Shown piece after piece: positions 1 through 7,803 of a stretch of DNA of 64,000 nucleotides. Origin of the DNA: Bryobacterales bacterium (GTDB taxonomy: Bacteria > Acidobacteriota > Terriglobia > Bryobacterales > UBA6623); the NCBI GenBank assembly GCA_028819235.1, contig JAPPMC010000173.1, positions 4,165-68,164 on the forward strand, given 5' to 3'. The stretch's first letter is position 1; each line of letters begins with the position of its first letter. The position numbers and the translations under genes are program-made. The notes beneath the pieces are model-generated. The model searched no databases. It saw only the letters and a program-made list of their open reading frames with translations, and was not told where the DNA came from.

Positions 1-444
1 TCGCTTCCGGGAACGGACCTGTCGGGCCTGTTGCGCGGCGAGCCGGACGCGGCGAGCCCCGACTCCGTCTTCTTGGCACACCCGTCGAACATGAACAACG
101 GTGGCAGCCGGCACGAGATCATCTGGCGCGCGGTGGTCACGGACGGCTTTACCTATGCCGTCACTGACCGAGGCGAGCACCGCCTGTGGGCCAACACGGA
201 CGGTTATCAGGACACCAACCTGCTGGACGACCCAGCTTACGCCGAGGCTCGCAGGCGGCTCTGGGAGAGGCTCGACCGCTGGATGGACGAGGCTGAGCGG
301 CCGTTCTACGACAACTGGTTTGCCCGCGCCTCCGAGAGCGAGGTGGAGGCTTGGAACACCGAGCATGGCTTGGGGGCGAAGGGTGCGGACCGGCAGGCTG
401 GCCGATCCGAGGTGTTCGACATGGAAGTCTCGCGGCCTTGGTGA
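1..444 (+). CDS. sulfatase-family protein, C-terminal fragment (5' end lies outside the window)
   Basis: Frame 1 is open from base 1 to the TGA at 442-444. The tail (...RLWANTDGYQDTNLLDDPAYAEARRRLWERLDRWMDE) resembles the C-terminal end of arylsulfatases. The assignment rests on resemblance only; no catalytic motif is visible in the fragment. Confidence 0.4.
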   Translation, partial: SLPGTDLSGLLRGEPDAASPDSVFLAHPSNMNNGGSRHEIIWRAVVTDGFTYAVTDRGEHRLWANTDGYQDTNLLDDPAYAEARRRLWERLDRWMDEAERPFYDNWFARASESEVEAWNTEHGLGAKGADRQAGRSEVFDMEVSRPW

Positions 445-528
445 TTAAGTAGCCCTGCTATTCTGGGGCTCTGTCGCGGGTCCGCCCGCCCGGCTTTCCC
501 TGCCATTCAGGCATCCCTATCAAGAGGA

Positions 529-1287
529 GTGGACCCAGTGCGCACCCCTGTCGTCGCCGGCAACTGGAAGATGCACAAGACGGCCGCGGAGGCGGCCGCT
601 TTCGTTGAGGCTGTCCGGCCAGTCGCAAGCAAGGTCACGGAGCGCGAGATCATCATCGCCCCGGCGTTCCCCGCGCTGGCCGCTGCCGCTGCCGCCGCTC
701 AAGGCAGCAACATTCAGATCAGCGGCCAGAATCTGCACTGGGAGTCGCACGGGGCCTATACGGGCGAGGTCTCTGCGGACATGCTCGTGGCGGCCGGATG
801 CTCGCACGTGATCATCGGCCACAGCGAGCGCCGACAGCACTTCGGCGAGACCGACGGGGCGGTGCACCTGAAGGTGCTGGCCGCGCTGGACGCTGGCCTG
901 ACCCCGATCGTCTGCGTCGGCGAGACCTTGGAGCAGCGCGAGGCGGGTAACACCGAGACTGTGCTGCGGGAACAGTGGAGCGCCGGTGTAGGGGGGCTCG
1001 AGCCGGCGCAGTTTGCGCGGCTGATCATCGCCTACGAGCCGGTTTGGGCGATCGGGACGGGCAGGACCGCGACGCCTGAGATTGCGGAAGCGGCGCACGC
1101 CGAGATTCGGTCCTTGGCCACAGAGCGTTTCGGCGGTGAGATCGCCGAGAGCGTGCGCATCCTCTACGGCGGAAGCGTGAAGCCCTCCAACTTCGCCGGA
1201 CTCTTGGACTGTCCTAACATCGACGGCGGCCTTGTGGGGGGCGCCAGCCTGCCTGCGGGCTCTTTCTCCGACCTGCTGCTGGCGTGA
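529..1287 (+). CDS. tpiA: triosephosphate isomerase
   Basis: 252-aa ORF with a GTG start. Hallmark TIM motifs are present: VVAGNWKMH, IIGHSERR, AYEPVWAIGTG, YGGSV. It sits in the conserved tpiA-secG-tRNA-Leu arrangement. Confidence 0.95.
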   Translation: MDPVRTPVVAGNWKMHKTAAEAAAFVEAVRPVASKVTEREIIIAPAFPALAAAAAAAQGSNIQISGQNLHWESHGAYTGEVSADMLVAAGCSHVIIGHSERRQHFGETDGAVHLKVLAALDAGLTPIVCVGETLEQREAGNTETVLREQWSAGVGGLEPAQFARLIIAYEPVWAIGTGRTATPEIAEAAHAEIRSLATERFGGEIAESVRILYGGSVKPSNFAGLLDCPNIDGGLVGGASLPAGSFSDLLLA

Positions 1288-1329
1288 CCGCCGTTCGGGC
1301 ATCGCGCAGTCATACATAATGGGGGAGAG

Positions 1330-1701
1330 ATGGTCATTCTGCTGACGATCCTGCATATCGTAGTGAGCTTCTTCCTGATCATCGTCGTGCTGCTGCAGAG
1401 CGGCAAGGCGGCCGATCTGGCTGGTGCGTTCGGTGGCATGGGCTCGCAGACCGCGTTTGGACCTCGCGGAGCGGCGACCGTGCTGTCTAAGGCAACCACG
1501 ACGGCTGCCGTGCTCTTCATGCTGACCTCGATTACCCTCGGCATCTGGCAGGGGCGGGTCACGAGCGGCCAGTCCGTGATCGACCGAACCGGTGTGGGGA
1601 CGGTGCCGGCGGCAGAAGACGCCAGCGAGGAGGAGGTCCCGGCCCCGGCCGTGCCGGAGCCCAGCCCGCAAGAGACGGGGGAAGAGGAGAGCAGTCAGTA
1701 G
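1330..1701 (+). CDS. secG: preprotein translocase subunit SecG
   Basis: N-terminus LLTILHIVVSFFLIIVVLLQSGKAADLAGAFGG...QTAFG with a second TM helix is the typical SecG signature. The acidic/Pro-rich tail is unusual but tolerated. The gene lies directly downstream of tpiA. Confidence 0.9.
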   Translation: MVILLTILHIVVSFFLIIVVLLQSGKAADLAGAFGGMGSQTAFGPRGAATVLSKATTTAAVLFMLTSITLGIWQGRVTSGQSVIDRTGVGTVPAAEDASEEEVPAPAVPEPSPQETGEEESSQ

Positions 1702-1754
1702 CTTGCTGTCGATTGCTGGCCGACCGGGCAATTGCGGTTGGCGGCGGCGAGGAC

Positions 1755-1841
1755 GCGGAGGTGGCGGAACTGGCAGACGCGCTAGCTTGAGGTGCTAGTG
1801 GGAGCAATCCCTTGGGGGTTCGAGTCCCCCTCTCCGCACCA
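1755..1841 (+). tRNA. tRNA-Leu (anticodon GAG), class II with a long variable arm and encoded CCA
   Basis: Manual fold: acceptor GCGGAGG/TCTCCGC; anticodon stem CTAGC/GCTAG with loop TTGAGGT (anticodon GAG); long variable arm; T arm GGGGG-TTCGAGT-CCCCC; discriminator A followed by CCA. Confidence 0.9.
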
Positions 1842-2175
1842 GGCCCTTTCTGCCCGGGGGCCTGTGCAGGACCGTTTCTTGCCGCGGCATAGGACTGTCG
1901 CAAGTGCTCGCGGCACTCTTGTCCCCCATCCCGTCTCCAGTCCCTCACGGCCTGTCCTTGGGCGGCGACCGCCCCTGATCGGGCCGGGAGCCGGCTCCTT
2001 GGCCCGGGGTGGCGGCTTGCTCCGCGCAAGGCGGGCGTTTCAGGCGCCGGCGGCGCCTGAGGGAGTCGGGGCCTCAAGTCTCCCCTGAAGGAGGCGATTG
2101 CCTTTCTGCTGGGACAGTGGCACAGGCTTGATATTTCTCTAATTTTCGCTTAATGCGCCTATTGTGGACTTATTA

Positions 2176-2189
2176 TGTAATATAATACA
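2176..2189. promoter_or_regulatory. putative SOS operator (TGT-N8-ACA) overlapping a perfect TATAAT -10 box upstream of imuA
   Basis: TGTAATATAATACA lies about 15 nt upstream of the imuA ATG, inside an about 100-bp A/T-rich island (2100-2203) in an otherwise GC-rich sequence. TATAAT is at 2181-2186. imuA-imuB-dnaE2 cassettes are typically LexA-regulated. The LexA motif of this lineage is unknown to me, so the operator call is tentative. Confidence 0.3.
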
Positions 2190-2203
2190 AATACCTAACG
2201 AAC

Positions 2204-2920
2204 ATGAAGGCCACAGCCTTACGTCCCAACAACATCCGTGCGCTCAATGCGCTCATCCGCGAGCACGGCTTGGGGCAGACCCTGCCGAAGCTGGGCAAGC
2301 GGCGCTATCCGCCGCTGCCGAGCGGGACCGCGGAGTTCGACGAGCGGCTGGGGGGCGGATTCCCGCGAGGCGTGATCAGCGAGGTCACCGGGCCGTGCTC
2401 GTCGGGCCGGACGGGGCTGCTGCTGACAGCGCTGGCCCAGTCCACCCGGGCGCACGAGATCGCGGCATACGTGGATGCCACCGATTCGCTTGACCAGCGC
2501 TCGGCGCAGCGGGCCGGGGTGGTGCTGGACCGGCTGCTCTGGATCCGCTGCGGCCAGGCGGCCGGGCTGTCCGGTGACCTTGGCCAGTCCGGGCTGGCTT
2601 GCATGGATGCCGCCTGGCGTGCGGCGAACTTGGTTGTCTCGGCCGGCGGTTTCGGGCTTGTGGCGGTCGATCTGGCAGGACTTCCCAAACGTGCGCTCGG
2701 CAATTGGCAGAGGCGGCCTTGGTTGCGGGTCAAGCACGCGCTGGAGGGGGCTTCGACAGCGCTGGTCGTGCTAGCGGAAGCGCCCTTGGCGGGCAGTGCC
2801 GCCGGCATGGTCCTAGAGCTGCAGCGTGAGCATACGCAGTGGCAGGGAGTGCTGGGTGCCGCGAGCATCCGCCTGGACGTTGTCCGGGACCGGACGCATG
2901 CCACGGGAGTGCGGGCGTGA
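2204..2920 (+). CDS. imuA: ImuA, RecA-fold translesion-synthesis accessory protein
   Basis: 238 aa. The motif GGFPRGVISEVTGPCSSGRTGLLLTALA is a degenerate RecA-like P-loop region typical of ImuA. It is the first gene of an imuA-imuB-dnaE2 arrangement, and its stop overlaps the imuB GTG (GTGA at 2917-2920). Confidence 0.8.
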   Translation: MKATALRPNNIRALNALIREHGLGQTLPKLGKRRYPPLPSGTAEFDERLGGGFPRGVISEVTGPCSSGRTGLLLTALAQSTRAHEIAAYVDATDSLDQRSAQRAGVVLDRLLWIRCGQAAGLSGDLGQSGLACMDAAWRAANLVVSAGGFGLVAVDLAGLPKRALGNWQRRPWLRVKHALEGASTALVVLAEAPLAGSAAGMVLELQREHTQWQGVLGAASIRLDVVRDRTHATGVRA

Positions 2921-4494
2921 CGATCAGTGCCTCGCGCACGGGCACGTCCCAGCTGCATGCAGCGCTGCACGTGCCCGATTTCCCCGTGACGGTGCGGCGG
3001 CGCGCGCAGGACGGCAGTGCGCCGGCTGTGGTCGCCTGCGGCCGGCCACCGAAGCGGTTCGTCTATTGCGCCGACGCATCCGCCAGGCAGCACGGCGTGC
3101 GTGAGGGGATGGCCTTGGCCGCGGCACGGGCCCGCTGCAGCATTGCCGGAGCCCGGAGTGCGCTGCTGGTGCTCGAGCGGGACGAGGCTGCCGAGCAAAG
3201 GGCCCAGACGAAGCTGCTGGAGCTGGCGCAAGCGGCCACGCCGCGGTTCGAGGATGTCGGGCCGGGATTGCTGGCGCTCGACTTCAGCGGCCTGCGGGCT
3301 CCCTACACCGCGGCCGAGGAGCTGCTGGCGGGGGCCTCCCGGCTGGGCCTCAGCGCCAGCGTCGGAGTCTCCGAGAGCCACTTTGTCTCGCTATGCGCGG
3401 CGCGCACCCGGGGTGGCATCACGCATGTGTATCCGGGACAGGAGGCTGGCTTCCTGCGGTCGCTGTCGCTGGACATGCTGCCGCTCGACACTCAGGAAGT
3501 CCGGACCCTCGCGCGCTGGGGAGTGCGCACGATGGGAGATCTGGCGCAGCTCCCCCAGGCGGAGATGGTCGAGCGCTTCGGCGGCCACATGGTCCGCATC
3601 TGCAGGCTGGCCCGCGGCGAGGCGGATCTGGCGCTGAAGCCGTGCCCACCTCCGGAGCGCTTGGAACTGTCGGAGGACTTCGACTGGGAGGTGACGGGGC
3701 TCGAGCCTCTGGCGGTCGCGATGGCTGGGCTGCTCGAGCGTCTCTGCCTCAAGCTGCACGGCCTTGGCCAGGTCGTCCGGCGGCTGACTACCCAGCTGGG
3801 GCTGGTCGGGGGCGGGACTTGCGAGCGCAGCATAGATCTGGCGCAGCCGCTCGGAGACGCCCGAGCCCTGCTGGAGCTGGCGCGCAGCGATCTGGCGGCC
3901 CGTCCTCCCGGCGGGGCGGTCGAGAGCGTGCGGATGTCCGTCAAGCCCACCAAGCGGAGGCATGTGCAGCTGTCGCTGTTCGCCGTCGACCTGCCGAGTC
4001 CGGAGCGGCTGGCTGTGACGCTTGCGAGGCTGACGGGCCTCGTGGGCGCCGAACGGCTCGGAGCCCCAGACGTGCCAGACACCTACCGATCGGGCGTGGC
4101 CGCCTTGGCGGCTTTCCGACCAAGCTCGGAGGCTGCGGCCAAGCGCCGTGCGGGTCGGGGCCCCTGCGCTGTTGGTCCGCTGCCGGTGGGCTTGGGGACG
4201 CGGCGCGCAAGCCGGCCTCCGGGCGTGGCGTGCAGGCCTCTCGTGTTGCGCTGCTTCCGGCCGTCCCGCCCGGCGCGGGTGACGCTGGCCGCCGATCGTC
4301 CGGCCGGCGTCGATGCGCGGGACGTGCGCGGGAAGGTGACGGCGTGCGCAGGCCCTTGGCGTGTTTCCGGCGAGTGGTGGACATCGGACGGCTGGCAGTA
4401 CCAGGAATGGGACATCGAGGTCGCGGGCCGCCTGTACCGGGCGTGCTGCCAGCCGGCGAGCGGGGAGTGGTTCCTTGCGGGGGAGTACGACTGA
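2917..4494 (+). CDS. imuB: ImuB, Y-family DNA polymerase-like protein
   Basis: The N-terminus ...LHAALHVPDFPVTV..., the central Y-family-like region and ...MGDLAQLPQAEMVERFG are typical of ImuB. I chose the GTG at 2917 (4-nt overlap with the imuA stop) rather than the upstream ATG at 2839, which would overlap imuA by 82 nt. Confidence 0.8.
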   Translation: MTISASRTGTSQLHAALHVPDFPVTVRRRAQDGSAPAVVACGRPPKRFVYCADASARQHGVREGMALAAARARCSIAGARSALLVLERDEAAEQRAQTKLLELAQAATPRFEDVGPGLLALDFSGLRAPYTAAEELLAGASRLGLSASVGVSESHFVSLCAARTRGGITHVYPGQEAGFLRSLSLDMLPLDTQEVRTLARWGVRTMGDLAQLPQAEMVERFGGHMVRICRLARGEADLALKPCPPPERLELSEDFDWEVTGLEPLAVAMAGLLERLCLKLHGLGQVVRRLTTQLGLVGGGTCERSIDLAQPLGDARALLELARSDLAARPPGGAVESVRMSVKPTKRRHVQLSLFAVDLPSPERLAVTLARLTGLVGAERLGAPDVPDTYRSGVAALAAFRPSSEAAAKRRAGRGPCAVGPLPVGLGTRRASRPPGVACRPLVLRCFRPSRPARVTLAADRPAGVDARDVRGKVTACAGPWRVSGEWWTSDGWQYQEWDIEVAGRLYRACCQPASGEWFLAGEYD

Positions 4495-4541
4495 GCAGGC
4501 CGGCGGCGTGCGGCCCTCCGGCCGCCCCGGAGGTGACGCGC

Positions 4542-7500
4542 GTGTACGTTGAGCTCCACAGCGCATCCGGGTTCAGCTTCCTGGAGGGTGCTTCGGACCC
4601 TGAGGATCTTGTCTCGGCCGCCGCGGGCCTTGGCTGCGGGACGCTGGCGCTCTGCGACCGCGACTCAGTCTCAGGCGCGCCGCGGCTCTTCAGTGCGGCG
4701 CGTGCGGCTGGCGTGAGGGCCTTGGTCGGCTGCGAGATCTCGCTGGAGCAGCCGGATGTGCGCCCGAAGACCCCGAATGCGGTCCTGGACCGCCGGCTGA
4801 CAGTGCTCGTCGAGAGCCGGGCAGGCTACCGCAACCTGTGTCGGCTGCTCACGCGCATGAACCTGCGCGCCCCCAAGGGCCAAGGGCGGGCACGCTGGGA
4901 GGAGGTCGAGGAGCACCGCGAGGGGCTCGTCGCCCTGCTGCACGACCTGCGCGATGAGGACACGGTGCGCGGCATCTTCGGGCCCGACCGCCTGTACGTC
5001 GAACTCCAGCGCCACATGGTCCGCGAGCAGGAGCGCGGCAACCAGGCGCGCATCGAGCTTGCCCGGGCGCACGGGCTGCCGCTGCTGGCCACGAACGGCG
5101 TGCGCTACGACACGGCCCGCCGCAAGCCGCTGCACGATGCCCTGACGTGCCTGCGCTTCAAGCGCAAGCTGGACAATGCCGGACGGCTGCTGGATCCCAA
5201 TGCCGAGCGGCACATCAAGTCCGCCGAGGAGATGGAGAGGCTCTTCTCCGACATTCCCGAAGCCGTGGCGAACACCGCCGAACTGGCCCAGAGGATCGCC
5301 TTCACGCTGGAGGATCTCGGCTATCGCTTCCCCAGCTATCCGCTGCCCCCGGGCGAGACGGAGGAATCGCTGCTCCGGCGCGAGACCCTGCGCGGCGCCT
5401 CGGCACGCTACCGCGGGCTGCCGCACAGGGCGCGGGCAATGCGCCAGATCGAGCACGAGCTGGAGATGATCTCCAAGCTTGGGCTCGCGGGCTACTTCCT
5501 GATTGTGTGGGACATCTCGGAGTTTGCCCGCAAGCGCGGGATCCTCTGCCAGGGGCGCGGCTCGGCCGCCAATTCCGCCGTCTGCTACTCGCTGGGCATC
5601 ACCGCGGTCGACCCCGTGGGGATGGACCTGCTCTTCGAGAGGTTCCTGTCCGAGGAGCGCGGCGAGTGGCCGGACATCGACCTGGACCTGCCCTCCGGCG
5701 CACAGCGCGAGCGCGTGATCCAGCATGTCTACGCGCGCTACGGCCAGCGCGGCGCCGCCATGACCGCCAATGTCATCACCTATCGCAGGCGCAGTGCGGT
5801 GCGCGAGATGGGCAAGGTGCTGGGCTTCCCGGAGGAGATGATCGCCCGGCTCGCCAAGGCCGTCAGCGGGTTCGAGTACACCGACAGCCACGACAGCCTG
5901 CTGGCGCAGGCGCAACAGATCGGCCTGGACCGGCGCGACGCGCGCGTGTCCCACTGGCTGCGGCTGTGCCTCGACATCCGAGGACTGCCGCGCCATCTGG
6001 GCCAGCACTCCGGAGGCATGGTCATCTGCGCCGGCGAGCTCGACGCAGTGGTGCCGCTAGAGCGCGCCCGCATGCCGGGGCGCGTCGTGGTGCAGTGGGA
6101 CAAGGAAGACTGCGCCGACCTCGGCATCGTCAAGGTCGACCTGCTGGGGCTGGGAATGATGGCGGTGCTCGAAGAGTCGGCCGAGACCATCCGCTCGCGC
6201 GGCGGGTCGTTCGACCTCGCGCGCATCCCGCCGGACGATCCCGAGACGTACCGCATGATCCGGGCTGCCGACACGGTGGGCGTCTTCCAGATCGAGAGCC
6301 GCGCCCAGATGGCCACGCTGCCCCGGATCCGCCCGACCAAGTTCTACGACTTGGTCGTCGAGGTGGCGATCATCCGCCCCGGGCCGATCACGGGCAACAT
6401 GGTGCACCCCTACATCAACCGCCGGCTCGGGCGCGAGCCCGTGCGATATCCGCACCCTTCGCTCGAACCGATCCTCAAGCGCACGTTGGGGGTGCCGCTC
6501 TTCCAGGAGCAGCTCCTGCGCATTGCGATGGTGGCGGCAGGGTTCACCGGGGGGCAGGCCGAGCAGCTGCGGCGTGCGATGGGCTTCAAGCGCTCGGCCG
6601 AGCGCATGGCAGAGCTGGAAGGCCGCCTCCGGCAGGGCTTGGCGGACAACGGCATCGTGGGGGACCCGGCGGACGAGATCGTCCGCTCGATCTCGTCCTT
6701 TGCTCTGTACGGCTTCCCCGAGTCCCACTCTGCGAGCTTCGCCCTGCTGGCCTATGCCAGTTCTTATCTGAAGGCCCACTACCCGGCCGAGTTCCTGGCC
6801 GCGCTGCTCAACTGCCAGCCGATGGGCTTCTATTCCCCGGCCGTTCTGGTGAAGGACGCGCAGCGCCACGGTGTGCGCGTGCTGCCGATCGATGTGAACC
6901 TGTCGGACGTCCGCTGCGTGGCAGGGGATGCCCCCGGCCAGCATGCGCACCCCCAAGGGGCACCGGCATCGCAGGTCCGCCTCGGTCTGCTGTACGTGGG
7001 GGGCCTCCGGGCCGAGGCGTCCGCCGCCGTCGTCGAGGAGCGCGCGCGGCGGGGCCGGTTCCGCAGCATCACAGAGCTCGCCCGGCGGGTGTCGCTGCAG
7101 AAGGCGGAACTGGACGTGCTGGCCGAGATCGGGGCACTGAACCCGCTGGGGCAGGGAATGCACCGGCGCGAGGCGCTGTGGCAGGTGGAGAGCGCCTGCC
7201 ACTCCAAGGGCCCCCTGTTCGACGGACGGAAGAGCGATGTTCCGGCTCCCGGACCGCTGGCGCCCATGACTCCCATGGAGCGCATCGAAGCGGACTACCG
7301 CGGCGCTGGGCTGACGGTCGGCAGGCATCCGATGCACTACCTGCGGCAGCAGGTGGCATCGCTGGGTGCCCTGTCCTCGCGGGGGATCGAGCACGCATCC
7401 AACGGCAGCCGCGTGCGGGTGGCCGGCGCGGTGATCACCCGCCAGCGGCCCGGCACGGCCAAGGGCTTCTGCTTCATCACGCTTGAAGATGAGGAGGGGG

Positions 7501-7682
7501 TCGCGAATCTGATCCTGGCGCCGCGGAGATTCCAGGCCCACCGCAACATCGCCACCAGCGAGCCTTTCTTGCTGGCTGAGGGAATCCTGCAGATCGCCGA
7601 CGGGACGGTGGCCGTGAAGGTGGAATCGCTCCAAGCCCTGCGCATCGAGGCCCCGAGCATGCCGTCGCACGACTTCCACTGA
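4542..7682 (+). CDS. dnaE2: error-prone DNA polymerase III alpha subunit DnaE2 (ImuC)
   Basis: PHP-domain start VYVELHSASGFSFLEGAS and Pol III alpha core (GLAGYFLIVWDI, GRGSAANSAVCYSLGIT, DIDLD, HSGGMVI, GLGMM). GGAGG lies about 8 nt upstream of the GTG at 4542; the GTG at 4533 is an alternative start. The long 5' extension of the ORF (3393-4532) overlaps imuB out of frame and is rejected. Confidence 0.9.
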   Translation: MYVELHSASGFSFLEGASDPEDLVSAAAGLGCGTLALCDRDSVSGAPRLFSAARAAGVRALVGCEISLEQPDVRPKTPNAVLDRRLTVLVESRAGYRNLCRLLTRMNLRAPKGQGRARWEEVEEHREGLVALLHDLRDEDTVRGIFGPDRLYVELQRHMVREQERGNQARIELARAHGLPLLATNGVRYDTARRKPLHDALTCLRFKRKLDNAGRLLDPNAERHIKSAEEMERLFSDIPEAVANTAELAQRIAFTLEDLGYRFPSYPLPPGETEESLLRRETLRGASARYRGLPHRARAMRQIEHELEMISKLGLAGYFLIVWDISEFARKRGILCQGRGSAANSAVCYSLGITAVDPVGMDLLFERFLSEERGEWPDIDLDLPSGAQRERVIQHVYARYGQRGAAMTANVITYRRRSAVREMGKVLGFPEEMIARLAKAVSGFEYTDSHDSLLAQAQQIGLDRRDARVSHWLRLCLDIRGLPRHLGQHSGGMVICAGELDAVVPLERARMPGRVVVQWDKEDCADLGIVKVDLLGLGMMAVLEESAETIRSRGGSFDLARIPPDDPETYRMIRAADTVGVFQIESRAQMATLPRIRPTKFYDLVVEVAIIRPGPITGNMVHPYINRRLGREPVRYPHPSLEPILKRTLGVPLFQEQLLRIAMVAAGFTGGQAEQLRRAMGFKRSAERMAELEGRLRQGLADNGIVGDPADEIVRSISSFALYGFPESHSASFALLAYASSYLKAHYPAEFLAALLNCQPMGFYSPAVLVKDAQRHGVRVLPIDVNLSDVRCVAGDAPGQHAHPQGAPASQVRLGLLYVGGLRAEASAAVVEERARRGRFRSITELARRVSLQKAELDVLAEIGALNPLGQGMHRREALWQVESACHSKGPLFDGRKSDVPAPGPLAPMTPMERIEADYRGAGLTVGRHPMHYLRQQVASLGALSSRGIEHASNGSRVRVAGAVITRQRPGTAKGFCFITLEDEEGVANLILAPRRFQAHRNIATSEPFLLAEGILQIADGTVAVKVESLQALRIEAPSMPSHDFH

Positions 7683-7803
7683 GCGCGGCGCAGCCGCATT
7701 CCCGACCGCGCATCCACGGCCGGCAAGCGGCATCACTCGCAGCGGCTGCCCGGCTCAGGCGCGCAGGGGCGTGCCTGCTGGCCAGCGCGGCCGCCGGTCG
7801 CAG

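Noticed and set aside
520-1731. Long antisense or alternative-frame ORFs overlapping recognised genes. Examples: 520-1731 (-), 2305-3381 (-), 3391-4566 (-), 4671-6008 (-), 5147-7486 (+), 6057-7736 (-), 7771-8790 (+), 18366-20357 (-), 24016-25818 (-), 45851-47689 (-), 61564-62433 (-).
   Set aside because: All are Arg/Pro/Ala/Gly-rich with no motifs. They overlap genes with clear family signatures and are the expected stop-poor shadow frames of a high-G+C genome.
3393-4532. 5' extension of the dnaE2 ORF, which would give a 1429-aa product.
   Set aside because: The extension overlaps imuB in another frame and has junk-like composition. The PHP-domain start and a GGAGG SD are at 4529-4542.
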